A stretch of 63,480 bases of DNA, counting the filler, from Reticulomyxa filosa (taxonomy: Eukaryota; Protista; Foraminifera), in the NCBI GenBank assembly GCA_000512085.1. It is 14 parts of 14 records of this genome, joined end to end, with 100 filler letters (N's around TTAATTAATTAA, not from the genome) between each part and the next. Parts side by side here need not be neighbours in the genome. Positions count along the whole stretch, not along the records: positions 1 to 19,710 come from ASPP01012513.1; positions 19,811 to 21,436 come from ASPP01050440.1; positions 21,537 to 22,622 come from ASPP01001258.1; positions 22,723 to 23,907 come from ASPP01039096.1; positions 24,008 to 31,737 come from ASPP01020979.1; 9 more parts are not named here. One strand, written 5' to 3'. The position numbers and the translations under genes were made by a program. The notes below the pieces were generated by a model. It ran no database searches, had not been told where the DNA came from, and worked only from the letters and a program-made list of their open reading frames with translations. This document shows, in pieces, positions 14,357-27,263 of this stretch. Each line of letters begins with the position of its first letter. Position 1 is the stretch's first letter.

Positions 14357-16870
14357 ATGGCACTTGGAATATGTTATCGACTTGGAGTTTGGATATTTGA
14401 GTGGTTTTGCATTGAACCATGTTTAATGTATTTGAGAAGAGATCACGGTAACGAACCAAATAAACCAAAAAAAAAAATAATAAAAAACAAAGCTATAAAA
14501 AGAGTGAAAGGAAAAAAAAAAAAAAAAAAATAGTACAAAAAAATTAACGGACAAGAGGAGAACGATTTTGACGACGAGGAAGATGAAGAAGGGGGACCAG
14601 CAATAGCAAAAAAGCTCGACACATTTTGGCAATATATCCATGACCACAGTTCGCGGCCTTGGGTGAGTGGGTTGTGTTTTACTTGGATAATTGGCTGTTT
14701 GTGGTGTTTGGAGAATGACCTGCCTCTGTTGGCATGGACTGTTGTGGGCACATATTGGTGGAGTGATGCCTGGTTTCATTGTCAATCGCAAATCCATTTA
14801 ATGACCGTCGTCATGTTCGCCGTGCTGTTGCTATCTTACCTTTTGTTCTTCACTTCGATCTTCCTTTGGTTGATCGATCACATTTGTCGTCGTATTCAAT
14901 CGACTCCATCATGGTCGGATCTACTCAAAGGTATTCCCAATGCTTTTATTGTTGTCCCCATTAAAAAAAAAAAAAAAAAAGGGCAAAGGGGGCTCACAGA
15001 GGACAAACAAACAAAAAAAAGTCTAAATTGATTTTTTTTTTTTTTTTTTTTTTATATTGCACTGTGTGTTGTATGTTTATAAGATAGAAAGCCACGAGCA
15101 TAAAAATGACACATCCGTGGTGGAGATCACAGCAGACAAAGAGAGCTGGAATAAAACGCCGGGATCACCCACGGACAATGACCATGTTGTGGACTTTTCG
15201 TTTCGTAAATATAGTGGCGATGGCACTAATGGCGGTAATACACTGACTCTTCCTAATGTATCACATGTTCAGTATCACCATCACCATCTCCATTCTTCCC
15301 ATTCCCATTATCATCAGCATCCCTCTCATGACACACACGCAAGAGATGACAAACCTCACGAAGACGAGGCCTCCAAACCTGTTCATACGTCTCCGTACAC
15401 AGTTTCAGCCAATGCTAATGCTAATGCTAATGCCAATACTAATGCACGTGCATCGACACTTTCCAGTAGCTCTCATTCTGTGAGCAATGGATACAAACGA
15501 TACATCATCAATGCGACCATGGAAGACACCATGGCTATGCAAAAGTATCTGCTTCAACACAAACAGCATTTGAAAATTGATGTCCATCAAGCCATCACTC
15601 AGCAACGCCTGAAATGCAAGCTCTTTGAACAAAGGTACGTCGTCGTTCATGCGAACCCGTTGCCAAAAGGTTTGCTTTTCAATCTTTTTTTTTTTATTTT
15701 ATTAATATTCACATGTGTGTATACATATTTATATGCACATATGTTATAACCACATTATTATGTGTGTGTGTGTGTGTGTTCAAAGATATGCATTTTGCCA
15801 GGAATCGATCGACGAGCTATACTTTGAGCAATGCAGTGATATCAGCATTACGCACACAAAATCGTCGAAAGCGAAAGTCTAGACGGATTGAAGTTACCGT
15901 AAATGAAGCACGGACTGACGTAAACATTGGAAAGAGTCCGAGTGCGCAAGACACTGCCCTTTTGTTTGAAGGAGATGATTTCTTTTGTGATCCATTAAAC
16001 AAAAATTTCAATGACAAAGCAGTTACAACAACAACAACAACAATAACAACAAAAATCATTGAATTGAATTGAATTGAATTGAATGCATTTTCAAAAAAAA
16101 AAAAAAAAAAAAATTAGGAGGAAGATACAACACAAGCAGACGAAACAAAGAAAAATACTGATCGAAAGGAGGAGGAAACACCGGAAACAGAAAATGATTG
16201 GAAATGTCCTAGATGTACAGAAATAGGTCAAGAGTTGATGGATTGCTTACTTGGTTGCAGCAATTTACCCACTTTGACATTGCTTGTACGCAAATTTGAT
16301 GATTGCTTAACATACACAAAGAGCACTACGGCACTGAAATCCACAGAAACGAGTCTGTTGGTCAATCTGAGCAACAAAAAACACAATGACTCCAAATTGG
16401 ACAATCCTACTTACAACGTCGCAAATACCAACAACAAGAAACATAAGCCTCCAAATCCCAACCCAAAAAAAAAAATTCGTCTTTGTGCTTTTTTTGAACC
16501 ACCATTGACTAAACAAGCTATGAATAGTATCTCCAATGCATTCATTTTAAATCGGGAACCTGACAAAAATGCGGCTTCTGTTTTTGTCAATAAACGAAAC
16601 AGAGTGTCAACTGAAGATATTCGAGGTTTTTTTTTTGTTTGTTTGTTCGCTTCTCTTTTATATCGTCATACTTCTTTGTTTTTGTTTTATTTGGAAATTT
16701 GAAAAACAAAAGATGGCGGAAACATGTTTTGTGGCCTGTGCTTCGAAAAGTATTTTCAACATGATACTCTCATCAAAATTTCGTCTTGCAAACACTATTT
16801 TCATCAACAATGTCTATTGGGCTGGTTTGCCGAATATGATGAATGTCCTGTTTGCCAAATTAAAGTTTGA
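14357..16870 (+). CDS. Membrane-anchored RING-H2 E3 ubiquitin ligase, multi-exon
   Basis: Hydrophobic exon 14663-14940 (about 3 TM segments), His-rich and AN-repeat linker, WKCPRC motif at about 16198. The last exon, not in the ORF track, reads MFCGLCFEKYFQHDTLIKISSCKHYFHQQCLLGWFAEYDECPVCQIKV*, a canonical C3H2C3 RING-H2 with the conserved Trp. Start is approximate. Confidence 0.8.
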
Positions 16871-17862
16871 AATATCAATAAAACGCAGAAAAATGCAGTC
16901 AAAATATTAAAAAAAGTTTTTCGTTCCTTTTTTTATTTTCTTTTCTCCCTCAATTGTTCAAGTTCGTTGTTATTTGATTACCGCAGAAGAACTACAATGT
17001 TCTTGCACTACAAACACACAAATTTTTTAAGATCATTGTACTAGTTCTAACCAACAAAAGTGATTCATCTGGTTAGAAGGCATCTTCTTGAAGCGTTCAT
17101 AGGAGTGAATATAACCTTTTTTGACCAAAACATCAAACGTTAGCCTGCAAAAAAAAAACAAAACATAATTTGAATTTCAACTGAAGTTAAAAAATTCAAT
17201 AAGATAGTTCTAAAGTGTATGTTAATCAATTGTTTTCCTAGCCTTTGTTAAATTTTTTGGAATAAAAAACTAACATGAACATATTTGACATACTTGATCG
17301 CACAAGCTGTGTTTTGTTCAAAAGTGTTTTTTTACATATTTTGAATACTGTTGACTTCGAAAAAAAAAAATAGTTTGAAGACTAATCATCATTGCAACTT
17401 CACCAAACTTTTTCTGGAAAGAATATTATTTAGATTGTCACAAAAAAACTTTTGTGACGCTTATCTTTTTTTTAAAAAAAACCAATGAACCTTTTGGTTA
17501 GTCTATCATTTATATATTTTTATCAACAACCAACAATGTGTGCATTTGCGAATTATTATTTTTAGATTTTTAAAAAAAGGATAGAATTAGCGAATAATCG
17601 ATATTAAATTTATAATTTCTGATTTGAAAAACAAAAATGTAAATAATCAATAACTACGATCTGATTAACTTTTTTTTTATATTACAATTAATGTAGATGA
17701 TATACATCAGTAAACTCAATGTTACAAAATATTTTTTTGCAAACGTCGGAGTGGGAAGTTTAGGAACTCTTTTTTTTTTTCTTTTTTTAAAGCTTGCTTG
17801 TTGTTCAAATCGTTAATTTGTAAACAAAAAAATTTATTATTATTAATCTAAAAAGGAACAAA

Positions 17863-19155
17863 ATGAGTGAAAGTAATGATATGCCACACGCGCCCACAAC
17901 AGAAAATATAAATGAGGAAAAACATCAAGAAGTAACGGCGTTAGTTTCAACGAATGAAACAGATCCAGCAAATAATGAAGATGTCTAGAAAAAAAACAAA
18001 ACTCAAGAATAGACAGAAGCAAAAAAACATTGGAAGTTTAGCAGCGGACAATTGATTATGTATTTTTTTTAAAGAAATTTCTTTACGCGAATATTTCGCA
18101 AAAAAAAAAACGTATATACGTATAAAAAAAAAACACGTATGATAAAAAAAATAGAATGACTAATGCCGTTTACTCAAATAATGAAATTTTTGATATATAG
18201 TTATATCAAATGCTAGTAATGCGCTTGACAAAATAAGATATTTATTGCATACGAACCCTGAATTGTTTGATAAAGAGAAAGATATTAAAATTAAAATGAT
18301 ACCCGATCCCGATGAAAAGATGACAATAAGAGATTCCGGGATCGGAATGATGAAAGAAGATCTTGTGAATAAATTGACAGAAGGCACAGACATTTTTATG
18401 ATAATTAGCTTTTATAGAGCCTATTTAGTGAGTGAGCGCTGTTGGTGATAAGTGAGCATAAGGGTGATGAACAACATGTGTGTGAAAGTAATGAAACGGT
18501 ACTTTCAGGTTTCGTAATGATGACGATAGCACGTACAAAATAAAACGGGGATTGTAAATGATAAATGAGCAAACTTTTGTAAGGAAAAAACTGTAAAAAA
18601 AATTGTTAAAAAACTACTATCGCAGTTTATGGTATTCCTGGTTAGCTTGTTAACAATGAAAGAAGAAGAAAAGGTTTTGTGTTTTTTATACGTTTGTGGG
18701 TGAAGTGTTTCTATTTTTTTTTTTTTTTAGACAAGAAAAAACTTTATGTTTAATCCAGTTTAATTTAGTTGAACAAAGATGATGACGATGATAAATGCAT
18801 TGGCAAAGCGGAAGAAGTTGAAATAAGTTATAATGAAAAAAAAAAATAGAAATAAAAAAAAATTAAAGTATATTGTGAACTGCTGAACAAGCAGAAGCCA
18901 ACAGGAGGATTTTACGAATCAAGCATTAACGATTTGAAAGAGCAGCTGGCATTTAGAAACTTGGAAAAAGAAAGCTTGTGTTTACCATTGCCCGAAGAAA
19001 AAAAAGTTAGTTTTTTTTACTTTTTAAAAATTAAAAATGTTTAGTTTGTTTTTGATGTGTTTTACATAAAGGATCAGAAAAAGTGCTTGTCACTAGCCTT
19101 GCTCATTTGATATTGGTTGCGAATATGTAAAGAATTATAAATGCTCAAACCTTAG
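17863..19155 (+). pseudogene. HSP90: Cytosolic Hsp90 pseudogene (unprocessed, heavily deleted)
   Basis: Remnants KEI.LRE, ISNASNALDKIRY, TIRDSGIGMMKEDLVNKL, FYRAYLV, ELLNKQKP and C-terminal ANM*RIINAQTL (cf. ANMERIMKAQAL), with stops, frameshifts and large internal deletions. An intron-like A-rich segment is retained at about 18091-18200. Confidence 0.85.
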
Positions 19156-19710
19156 AATCAGTGTCAATTTACTTTTTTTTTATTGTAAGAAGGAGATTGA
19201 GCAAAGCAATTGGAGTTCTTCTTTGTTTCCCGCATTTTATTTTTTTTTAAATTTTAAATTGAACTTTTTGAAAGAAACAATGTCATCACCAGCAAGCGTC
19301 TTTTCTGCAATTCTTTACTATCATATTCTTTTGTTTTGAATACTTGTTTGGCTCTAATTTTTTAAAAATTAGTCATCCTTTCTTATCTGACGTAGCACAA
19401 CATCGATACTCGGTCGTTTACTTCTAACAAGCTGTATTAGTATAAAAAAACGCCGACAAAAGAGATAGAACGATTTGCTACCATTTTGGTGTTAATTTGT
19501 TTATACAGACAGTATCAAACAAAAATAACGGATTTTATGTTTTTGTTTGATTAAATAATACAATACAAAAGACAAATAAAAGAATATATATGAATTTCTA
19601 ACAGAATATGTCTTTTTTTTTATGTCGTGTGATGGTTTTTGTTAATTGCTGTTTATAAAATGAAATAGTTATTATCTTGACGTGCAAAGTTAAATTTCAA
19701 AAAAAAAAAA

Positions 19711-19810
19711 NNNNNNNNNNNNNNNNNNNNNNNNNNNNNNNNNNNNNNNNNNNNTTAATTAATTAANNNNNNNNNNNNNNNNNNNNNNNNNNNNNNNNNN
19801 NNNNNNNNNN
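19711..19810. other. Artificial contig spacer (44 N + TTAATTAATTAA + 44 N), first of 13
   Basis: Identical 100-nt linkers with stops in all six frames at 19711, 21437, 22623, 23908, 31738, 33707, 47614, 48971, 50215, 51567, 57529, 58805 and 61404. Confidence 0.99.
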
Positions 19811-19811
19811 C

Positions 19812-19964
19812 ACAAATATACAACACATAAAAAAGGATTTGAAAAGTGCGGAAACACGAAACAAACTATTAATGGAATCTAAAATGACACTCATTGTGTC
19901 CACTTCTGAAGAAATCAACTCGCTGCGTGACTTGCTTCGGGAGGTTGGAAGAGTTCAATTGTAA
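19812..19964 (+). CDS. 3' end of a coiled-coil protein gene, truncated by the contig start
   Basis: Open frame from the contig edge: TNIQHIKKDLKSAETRNKLLMESKMTLIVSTSEEINSLRDLLREVGRVQL*, followed by a T-rich 3' region. Confidence 0.5.
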   Translation, partial: TNIQHIKKDLKSAETRNKLLMESKMTLIVSTSEEINSLRDLLREVGRVQL

Positions 19965-20618
19965 TCAGGTATAATTCGCTAATCTTGTCAAAGGTGCTTG
20001 AGTTTTCTTTCTTTTTTTTTGTTGTCATTTTTCACATTTAAATTTTATGTGATTGAAACCTTTTTTTTTACTTTTGGTTGCTGATTGTCTGTACGTATGT
20101 TTTTATTCTTTTTATGTATCCAACTTTTGTTTTTTTTTTGTGGTAAAGTGAATCCTAAAAGTTTGCGCATTGAGGCCAGGGTTCAACATGAGACAATTAA
20201 AAATGCAACTTTTCATCACACTTTTTCAATATACAAAATTTTAGAAATTAAATCTTGATATGTCACAAAAACGACAACATTTTGAAGAGTACAAAAGCAG
20301 AAATGATTTTTGTGCAGTCAGATTATTACTAGCAGTCTGAAAAATAATGCTTGTCAAAGCACTGTGAAACAGTCAAACACGTTTGTTGCATAAATCTACT
20401 TGATACTATTTTTGTTATGTCTCCTTTCAAAAAGAAAATTTGATTTTGTGTGATTGACATTTTTGTATAATGATATTTTTTCAACAAAAATCTAATCATC
20501 ATTATTTGTGACATTGTGAATCTTTTTCGTCCCACAACAGTGAACTTTATTTCAAAAAAAAAACAACTCTAAAATTCAAGGAGAAAAAAAAAAGAGTTTT
20601 TGCTTCCCCTGAATAGAA

Positions 20619-21436
20619 ATGGACAAGAATTGTCTTCTTGAAAAAACAGCCGAGATGACAAAACAAAAATTGAAAGAGTATTACAACTCTCAAGACAAAC
20701 TAGTTCCATTATTTGACGATCTTCCACAGTCAATTGACACTTGTTACGTTCGATTGGTCCTTTTAACCCAACAACAGTTTCAAGAAAGAAAAGATAAAAT
20801 ATCAAACAAACAAGAAGAAAAAGAAGATTCTGATCATAAAATACGTGAAGAAGATGAAAAATGGCCAAACATAATGGATTATTCATTGATTTACAGCGAG
20901 CAAAAAACAATAAAATTAGAAAATATTTGGAGAGTAGAAAAAGAAAGAAAAGAAGATACTGAGAACACCAAGAACAAAGAAACAGAAAAAATGGAAGAAG
21001 ATGGGGACAGTGAATTAGAATTGCGTCACATCAATATTCATGGAGAAGCAGGAACTGAGAAAAGTGTATTGTCGCAAAGAATTGCATATCTATGGGCAAA
21101 TGAACAAATGTGGAATGACAGATTTCAATTATTGTTGCATATTCCTTTAAGAAAAATTTCAAACATTTTTGATAAATTCATGAATAAAAGTAATGATAAT
21201 ATTCAAGAGAAATGGGTAAAAATAATAAATGAATTGAATATTCCACACTGGGATGAAAATGATACAAAATGTATAAAGCGTGCAAAGGATGGATTATTGT
21301 TGGTATTGGATGGATTTGATGAGATTGCAAATGAATTGAACACAAAACCAGGTTTGAAAAAGTGGTTGGAAGATTGTGCTTTAAATACAAATTATTCTAT
21401 AATTATGACAAGTCGTCCCAATGCAATGTGTTCATA
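20619..21436 (+). CDS. NACHT-domain STAND NTPase, N-terminal part, truncated by gap
   Basis: Intronless ORF with IDTCYVRLVLL, Walker A-like IHGEAGTEKS followed by QRIAYLWA, HIPLRK, Walker B LLLVLDGFDE and IIMTSRP. Confidence 0.85.
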
Positions 21437-22089
21437 NNNNNNNNNNNNNNNNNNNNNNNNNNNNNNNNNNNNNNNNNNNNTTAATTAATTAANNNNNNNN
21501 NNNNNNNNNNNNNNNNNNNNNNNNNNNNNNNNNNNNTCTTCAAGAAATCTCAATTTAAATTGAAATAACTTTATTGTTTTCTTTTGATTATTTTTTGAAT
21601 GTCTTTCTTTTATTTTTATGTTTCTTTTTTGAGTACTGTGTTCTATTTCTTAGAACGAGGTGCTCTTTTAACTTGAAAGATCTGAGTTTGTGCAAGTAGA
21701 TAGGGCAAAAAGCAGTGCGAGTTGAGGATGAAGCGATAGAGTAGTCCAACACTTGACACGCCCCACTGCAACCCATCTAAAAAAAAAATATATATAGCAG
21801 CTCTCGCAAAGGGAATATATGCCTTTATTCAGCCTACAAGCCTTGCTGAACGGCTTTCTTGTTATCACCACGATCAGTAAAAGACTTTTTCTTTTGATCG
21901 CGCGTGCCTCAAAATTGTGGTGGATATTTACTGATACCCACCCAGATAAATTGCAACAAATATGTTGCCAAAAGGGACAAAAAATTGAAGACACACTAAT
22001 TACAATATCTCAAAAATTCAGCTTTCGAGATCTTGCTAATCTTTCACAATGATCGTCGATGATGATATAAATTTTTTTTTCCTCAATCT

Positions 22090-22622
22090 AAATTGTTCCC
22101 ATTTGTTGCTTCTCAGATTTCAATTCGTGGTGAATACCACATCATCTGTCCTCCAATTGCTAGAATATAAGATGCACATAATGTGATATCAATGCTTGAT
22201 AATGTATTGAGTATGTAATCCATTGGATACAATAAAATCAAGGATACATTCACCCACATCGTCGATATTATAATCTAGCCATGCAGGATGATGTGCATTC
22301 CAATCCCTCCAAGGACAATATATTCAGTGATTTTCATAGCAGATTGTAATTCTTGCTCGAATGTGTTGAGATGTTTCTTCTTCAGGAATGCATCTTCTTT
22401 GTCAATTTAATACCAAGCTTTTCACTTGCTTTGCGAATCACATCAATCGCTTGGGTGCTTTCAACATAATACACATTTGTGTTTGCTTGGGTCATTCTTG
22501 TGTCGGCATTTTGCCGCTTCATGATTTGCCAATCCGCAATACTTACTTACATACTTTGCGCTTTTTTGAGAATTCACAAACAATATGGTTCAATCTGTAG
22601 CATTTCCTGCATTGCTTGAAAT
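22090..22622 (-). mobile_element. Decayed non-LTR retrotransposon (LINE): gag-like CCHC zinc knuckles plus APE endonuclease remnant
   Basis: Minus strand reads FKQCRKCYRLNHIVCEF / VCKYCGLANHEAAKC / KCVLC*KHPSD (three knuckles; a TAAG duplication shifts the frame), then EYIVLG(G)DWNAHHPAWLDYNIDDVGECILDFIVSNGLH and SSIDITLC, the GDxNAH and IDxT motifs of AP endonucleases. Confidence 0.85.
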
Positions 22623-24007
22623 NNNNNNNNNNNNNNNNNNNNNNNNNNNNNNNNNNNNNNNNNNNNTTAATTAATTAANNNNNNNNNNNNNNNNNNNNNN
22701 NNNNNNNNNNNNNNNNNNNNNNATTGTCTCTCGAAGGTGAAAAGAAAGACTGATTATACTATCTTCGATTAGTTGAAGAATAAAATAAACAGTCGAACTT
22801 TTTTAATGAAAGTAAATTTCAATTTGATTGAAGATTAATTAAAGTTGTGATTATATTCGAAAGAAACTATCTTTCAAAAATATATTTTTTGTCATGATCA
22901 TCAACTGAATTAACATTTCGGTTTTTAAGATCAACACATGAAATTTTATTTAATAACAAAAAAATATTCCACAAAATAAATACCTTTATTCTGAAAAAAT
23001 GAAATAAAAATAAATTTGACTTTATACATGTGATGATAAAATTACTCAAATATTGAAATGATAAAATTTCTATTCGAAAGAATGATTTAATTAACAAAAA
23101 AATTATATATTTTTTCAAAAGATTTTGAAAGAAATGCTGATTTTTTACCATTTTACTACGCAATATTTTGTCATAAATGTCAATAATTCTTTTTAATATT
23201 ATTTTGAATTTTTTAATGTTACTTTAAAAGTAAATTTATTATTATATTATAGAAAATTTTAATAAAACAAAAGAAATAATTTCAATACTGACAATTTTTT
23301 TAAGTTCAAAAAAAGTCCTTTTTTTATACATTTTCACTCATTTTTTTAATCAGAGATGCAAGAAAGAAAAAGCCAATTCAAGATTTATTTAGATGACTTG
23401 CTCTCCAGATGCCAGCGTGTAAATTGCTGTCCGTATTGAGGACTAACCTTAGTCCAAAGTTTAAGCATAATGATGTTGCTTTATGGAATATATATTGACA
23501 ATTATAACACCTTTGGAATGATATGCGTTATGGTGTTAGCAGTATTTTTTGGATTAATTTTACTAGTTGTTCCATTAACAAGTTAATTATATATATTTTT
23601 TCATCCTGATATTTTGTTTTTGTTTTTTTTAGTAAGGACCGTTTTGGTCCGTTAGCATCGCAGTATACGTTCTTCAAGATCTTCTAACTATTCAAGCAAT
23701 CCAAACTATCCAAACAATAACGACAATACTAACTATCACACTAATCCCAAATATCATAACAATCACAAATATCAAAATTCAAACTCTAACAGCAATTCAA
23801 ACGATAACAACACCAATAACAACTTTTAGAACAAACGATTTTTTTCATTTTCGTATTCAACAAATGATTGATACATGGAAACCAAATATTGTAAAGTAAA
23901 ACTGACTNNNNNNNNNNNNNNNNNNNNNNNNNNNNNNNNNNNNNNNNNNNNTTAATTAATTAANNNNNNNNNNNNNNNNNNNNNNNNNNNNNNNNNNNNN
24001 NNNNNNN

Positions 24008-24744
24008 TACTATTACATATTAATTCCTTTTGTTCTCCATACAATTACTTTAAATTTTTGTAAATTCATAAATTAATAAGCAAAAAATATTTACAAATTA
24101 GTATTTACAATGTAAATTTTATTTTGTTACTAAAATATTACAAAATAAAATATTATATTTTAAAATTCACTAAAATCAATTATTTTAAAGTTTGTCATGT
24201 TTTGCACTAGTAGTTTATTACATTGTTGTTCATATCTTTCGAAGATATATTGACCCGATTTGAACTGAAAGCGTATCTACGGATCGATTAATAGAATATG
24301 TAGAATATATTACAATAACGTGCTCTCTTGAATTTCTTAACCAAAAAAACTAAAAAAATCACAATGCCTATCATGTGGCAATTGTTATAATATGTAAATA
24401 TCAATACTATTTTTGCATATCAAACACATTTATCTATTTCAACATACAACTATTTTTAAGCAACAGTAATTTTGTTAAAACTCGTATAAATATTTGAATT
24501 ATTGAACAAAGTACTGTGTTTTGAAAGTTGGAACGATATATCATTTCAAAAAATTACAAGTATTTGTAAAAATTGATTTTAGTGAATTTTAAAATATAAT
24601 ATTTTATTTTGTAATATTTTAGTAACAAAATAAAATTTACATTGTAAATACTAATTTGTAAATATTTTTTGCTTATTAATTTATGAATTTACAAAAATTT
24701 AAAGTAATTGTATGGAGAACAAAAGGAATTAATATGTAATAGTA
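24008..24744. repeat. Perfect 174-bp inverted repeat (24008-24181 / 24571-24744) with a 389-bp spacer
   Basis: Base-by-base reverse-complement match of the two arms; the left arm starts at the first base of the contig. Confidence 0.95.
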
Positions 24745-27263
24745 CAATTAAATATTTCAGTTTTGAAAATATTATGACAAGTTGCAAATATAGGAATATA
24801 TTAATTACTTATACTGGAAATCAACAATAAAGTTTGTTATTGAATCACATCAAAAAAATCACTTAATCACTGGCAACTGGCAAGCCAAACAGTGAGAAAA
24901 CACAATGTTAGACGTGACATCACAAATATGTTAAATTTACACAACATAAAAAGTTTACAATTATAACAAGTCTAACATTAAGCAAAACGGCGAAGCAGTT
25001 GTTATATAAATATTTAAACAATTAAACAAACAATAAACAAAAGCATTTTGAGATTCAAATTACCGAACAAAAAATATGGCTATTGATCCAAACAAATTTA
25101 ATGTTTTTCATTTGTTGTTAAAATTGCTATTGCTTAATTTTATCTCTTATTTTGGATTTAAATTTTTTTAAATGTTTATATTTTTAAAAAAACATGATGA
25201 TCACTTTCTCTTATTGTTTATAGTTTATTTCTTTCCTAATAAATTTTTCCCAAATTCTTGTCAAAAAAGATGTTTGAACATTCTTTTTTTCCTTGTTTTT
25301 TTTTTTTTCTTACAATTCCTTTTGATAGTCTTGGTATGTGAATGAAGTGCTAATTCTATCATAAGAAAAGGAAATTTTACTATTAATTTGTCGTAGCTTT
25401 AATTTCTACAACCAAAACCAAAACAATATAAAAGAAAATAGTGATCATTTTTTGCAAACCGATAGTCAACACAAAAAAAAATTATTTCAATGTTAGTTCA
25501 GACAATCGAGATCAGCATTAAACTCTCCAATTGGAGTTGTCTTTTGAAAATTACAATATCTATCCTTATTACTCAAGTGTATGGAAGCATATTTTTGCAT
25601 AAGTTGTTCAATTTTAGTGTACAAATTTTTGCGATAAAAAAAAAGACAATTTTTTTTTTTTAAATTTTCAATGTATACAAAATATGAACACTTTCCTTCA
25701 TCGATTGGAAAGGGTAAGAGGAAAAAAAATATAATTTTGGTGAAAAAACAACAAACGACGATTAAACTGCTGACGCGTTATTATTATCTCAATTGGTATC
25801 ATCTATATCGTGGTACTTATTTTTGAAATGAGATCTGATTTGCTATTGTATCAAAAATATTGCCAACAAAAAAAACTAGATAAGTCCCTTTCGGAATTTG
25901 TAACGTATTTCTAACTGACAGTACAAGTATATAATGATATTTACAAAACTTGAATAATTTCATCGAAATGATAGAGTTTAAATGTAAAATGTTTGAGTAT
26001 AAAAATTATGTGAATGAAAGTCTTTTTCATTGCTTTTGGTAGAGATATCAAGGATTTGCAAATTCAAAGCGTAGTACTGAGACAGCCAACAAAGACGGAA
26101 GACATGTGCACTTACAAAAAAAAAAAGAAGGGACAAAGTTTAACTTGATAAATCTTTCAGTACTCACTACATTACCCCCCCCCAAGAAATGATGTCTTCA
26201 ATTGAGCTAGTTTTTGTAAGAGATACTGTACATCCACGCGTTATATATCAGTGCCAAGTGTTGTGATAGAACGACTAGCTGGAAGTGACAGTCAGTAGTT
26301 TTGTTCAAAAACTCTTCATCTTTGTTTGATGGGACTGTCTAAAAAACAAACCAAAATTTTTATTTTTTTGTTAGATTGATTATTTTGTAAATCTATCAAA
26401 GAATATTAAAATGATTTTTGTCACAAAATATATTTTTTTCTTGGACAATATTGATTATCTTGATAATCTTGACTAGCAAACTTCAATCTTCTTTGTTCGT
26501 CAATATCATCATATTGAGTGATGTCATTTGCATTACAAAATTAATTTATTATAATTTAAAAGTTCATATTATGTTAAAAAAAAAATGTAGTTCTAGTGCG
26601 AAATATTTATAAATTCATTTATATATTTATAATATGTTGTACTATCAATTGATAGATCCATCAATATATTTTATTCCATTAATAATCATTTACCTGCGAC
26701 CTTGCATCTTTTATAACTCCAGTGAAGGAGTTCAATTGAATAGTATAAAATATACTATTATCAGTTGACTTCTTCTCAGGGACATATGGGAGACTGGAAG
26801 AGATGAACTGGAAGTTTAATTTCTGTTTTTAGACAGAAACGCCCCAGTAAATCTATCCTATTGGCACTCCCTTGTGTTGACCAAGTTGTAAAAATATATG
26901 CAAACTTAAGTTGCATTTATGTTTTATTTAAAAAAAAAAAAATACAAACAAACAGAAATATAGGGCAATATATGCTCATGGTGAGCTATTCCATTAGGAA
27001 GAGTACTGTGTTCGAATCACAGATATTGCATTAAATATTAATATATGAAAAAATTTTAAATTTTTTATAAAAACTTTGAAAATTTTAAAGAAAAATATTA
27101 ATACAAAACCAAATATAGATTTTTGACAAATTGCTGAACTATTTGCCTCTTATTGCAAGCAATGATTGTTCGTTCGATCATTGTTATCCACCAAGTTGTC
27201 TCGTTTATGTATTTATGCCATTTTTGTCTTTGATGATTCATTTGATGGAGTTGTTGGATTGAA

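Noticed and set aside
23340-23907. Asn-rich periodic stretch and hydrophobic fragments
   Set aside because: Broken by stops and unassignable; probably a decayed low-complexity gene fragment.
26186-26300. Possible C/D-box snoRNA (ATGATG)
   Set aside because: No suitably placed CTGA D box or terminal stem.
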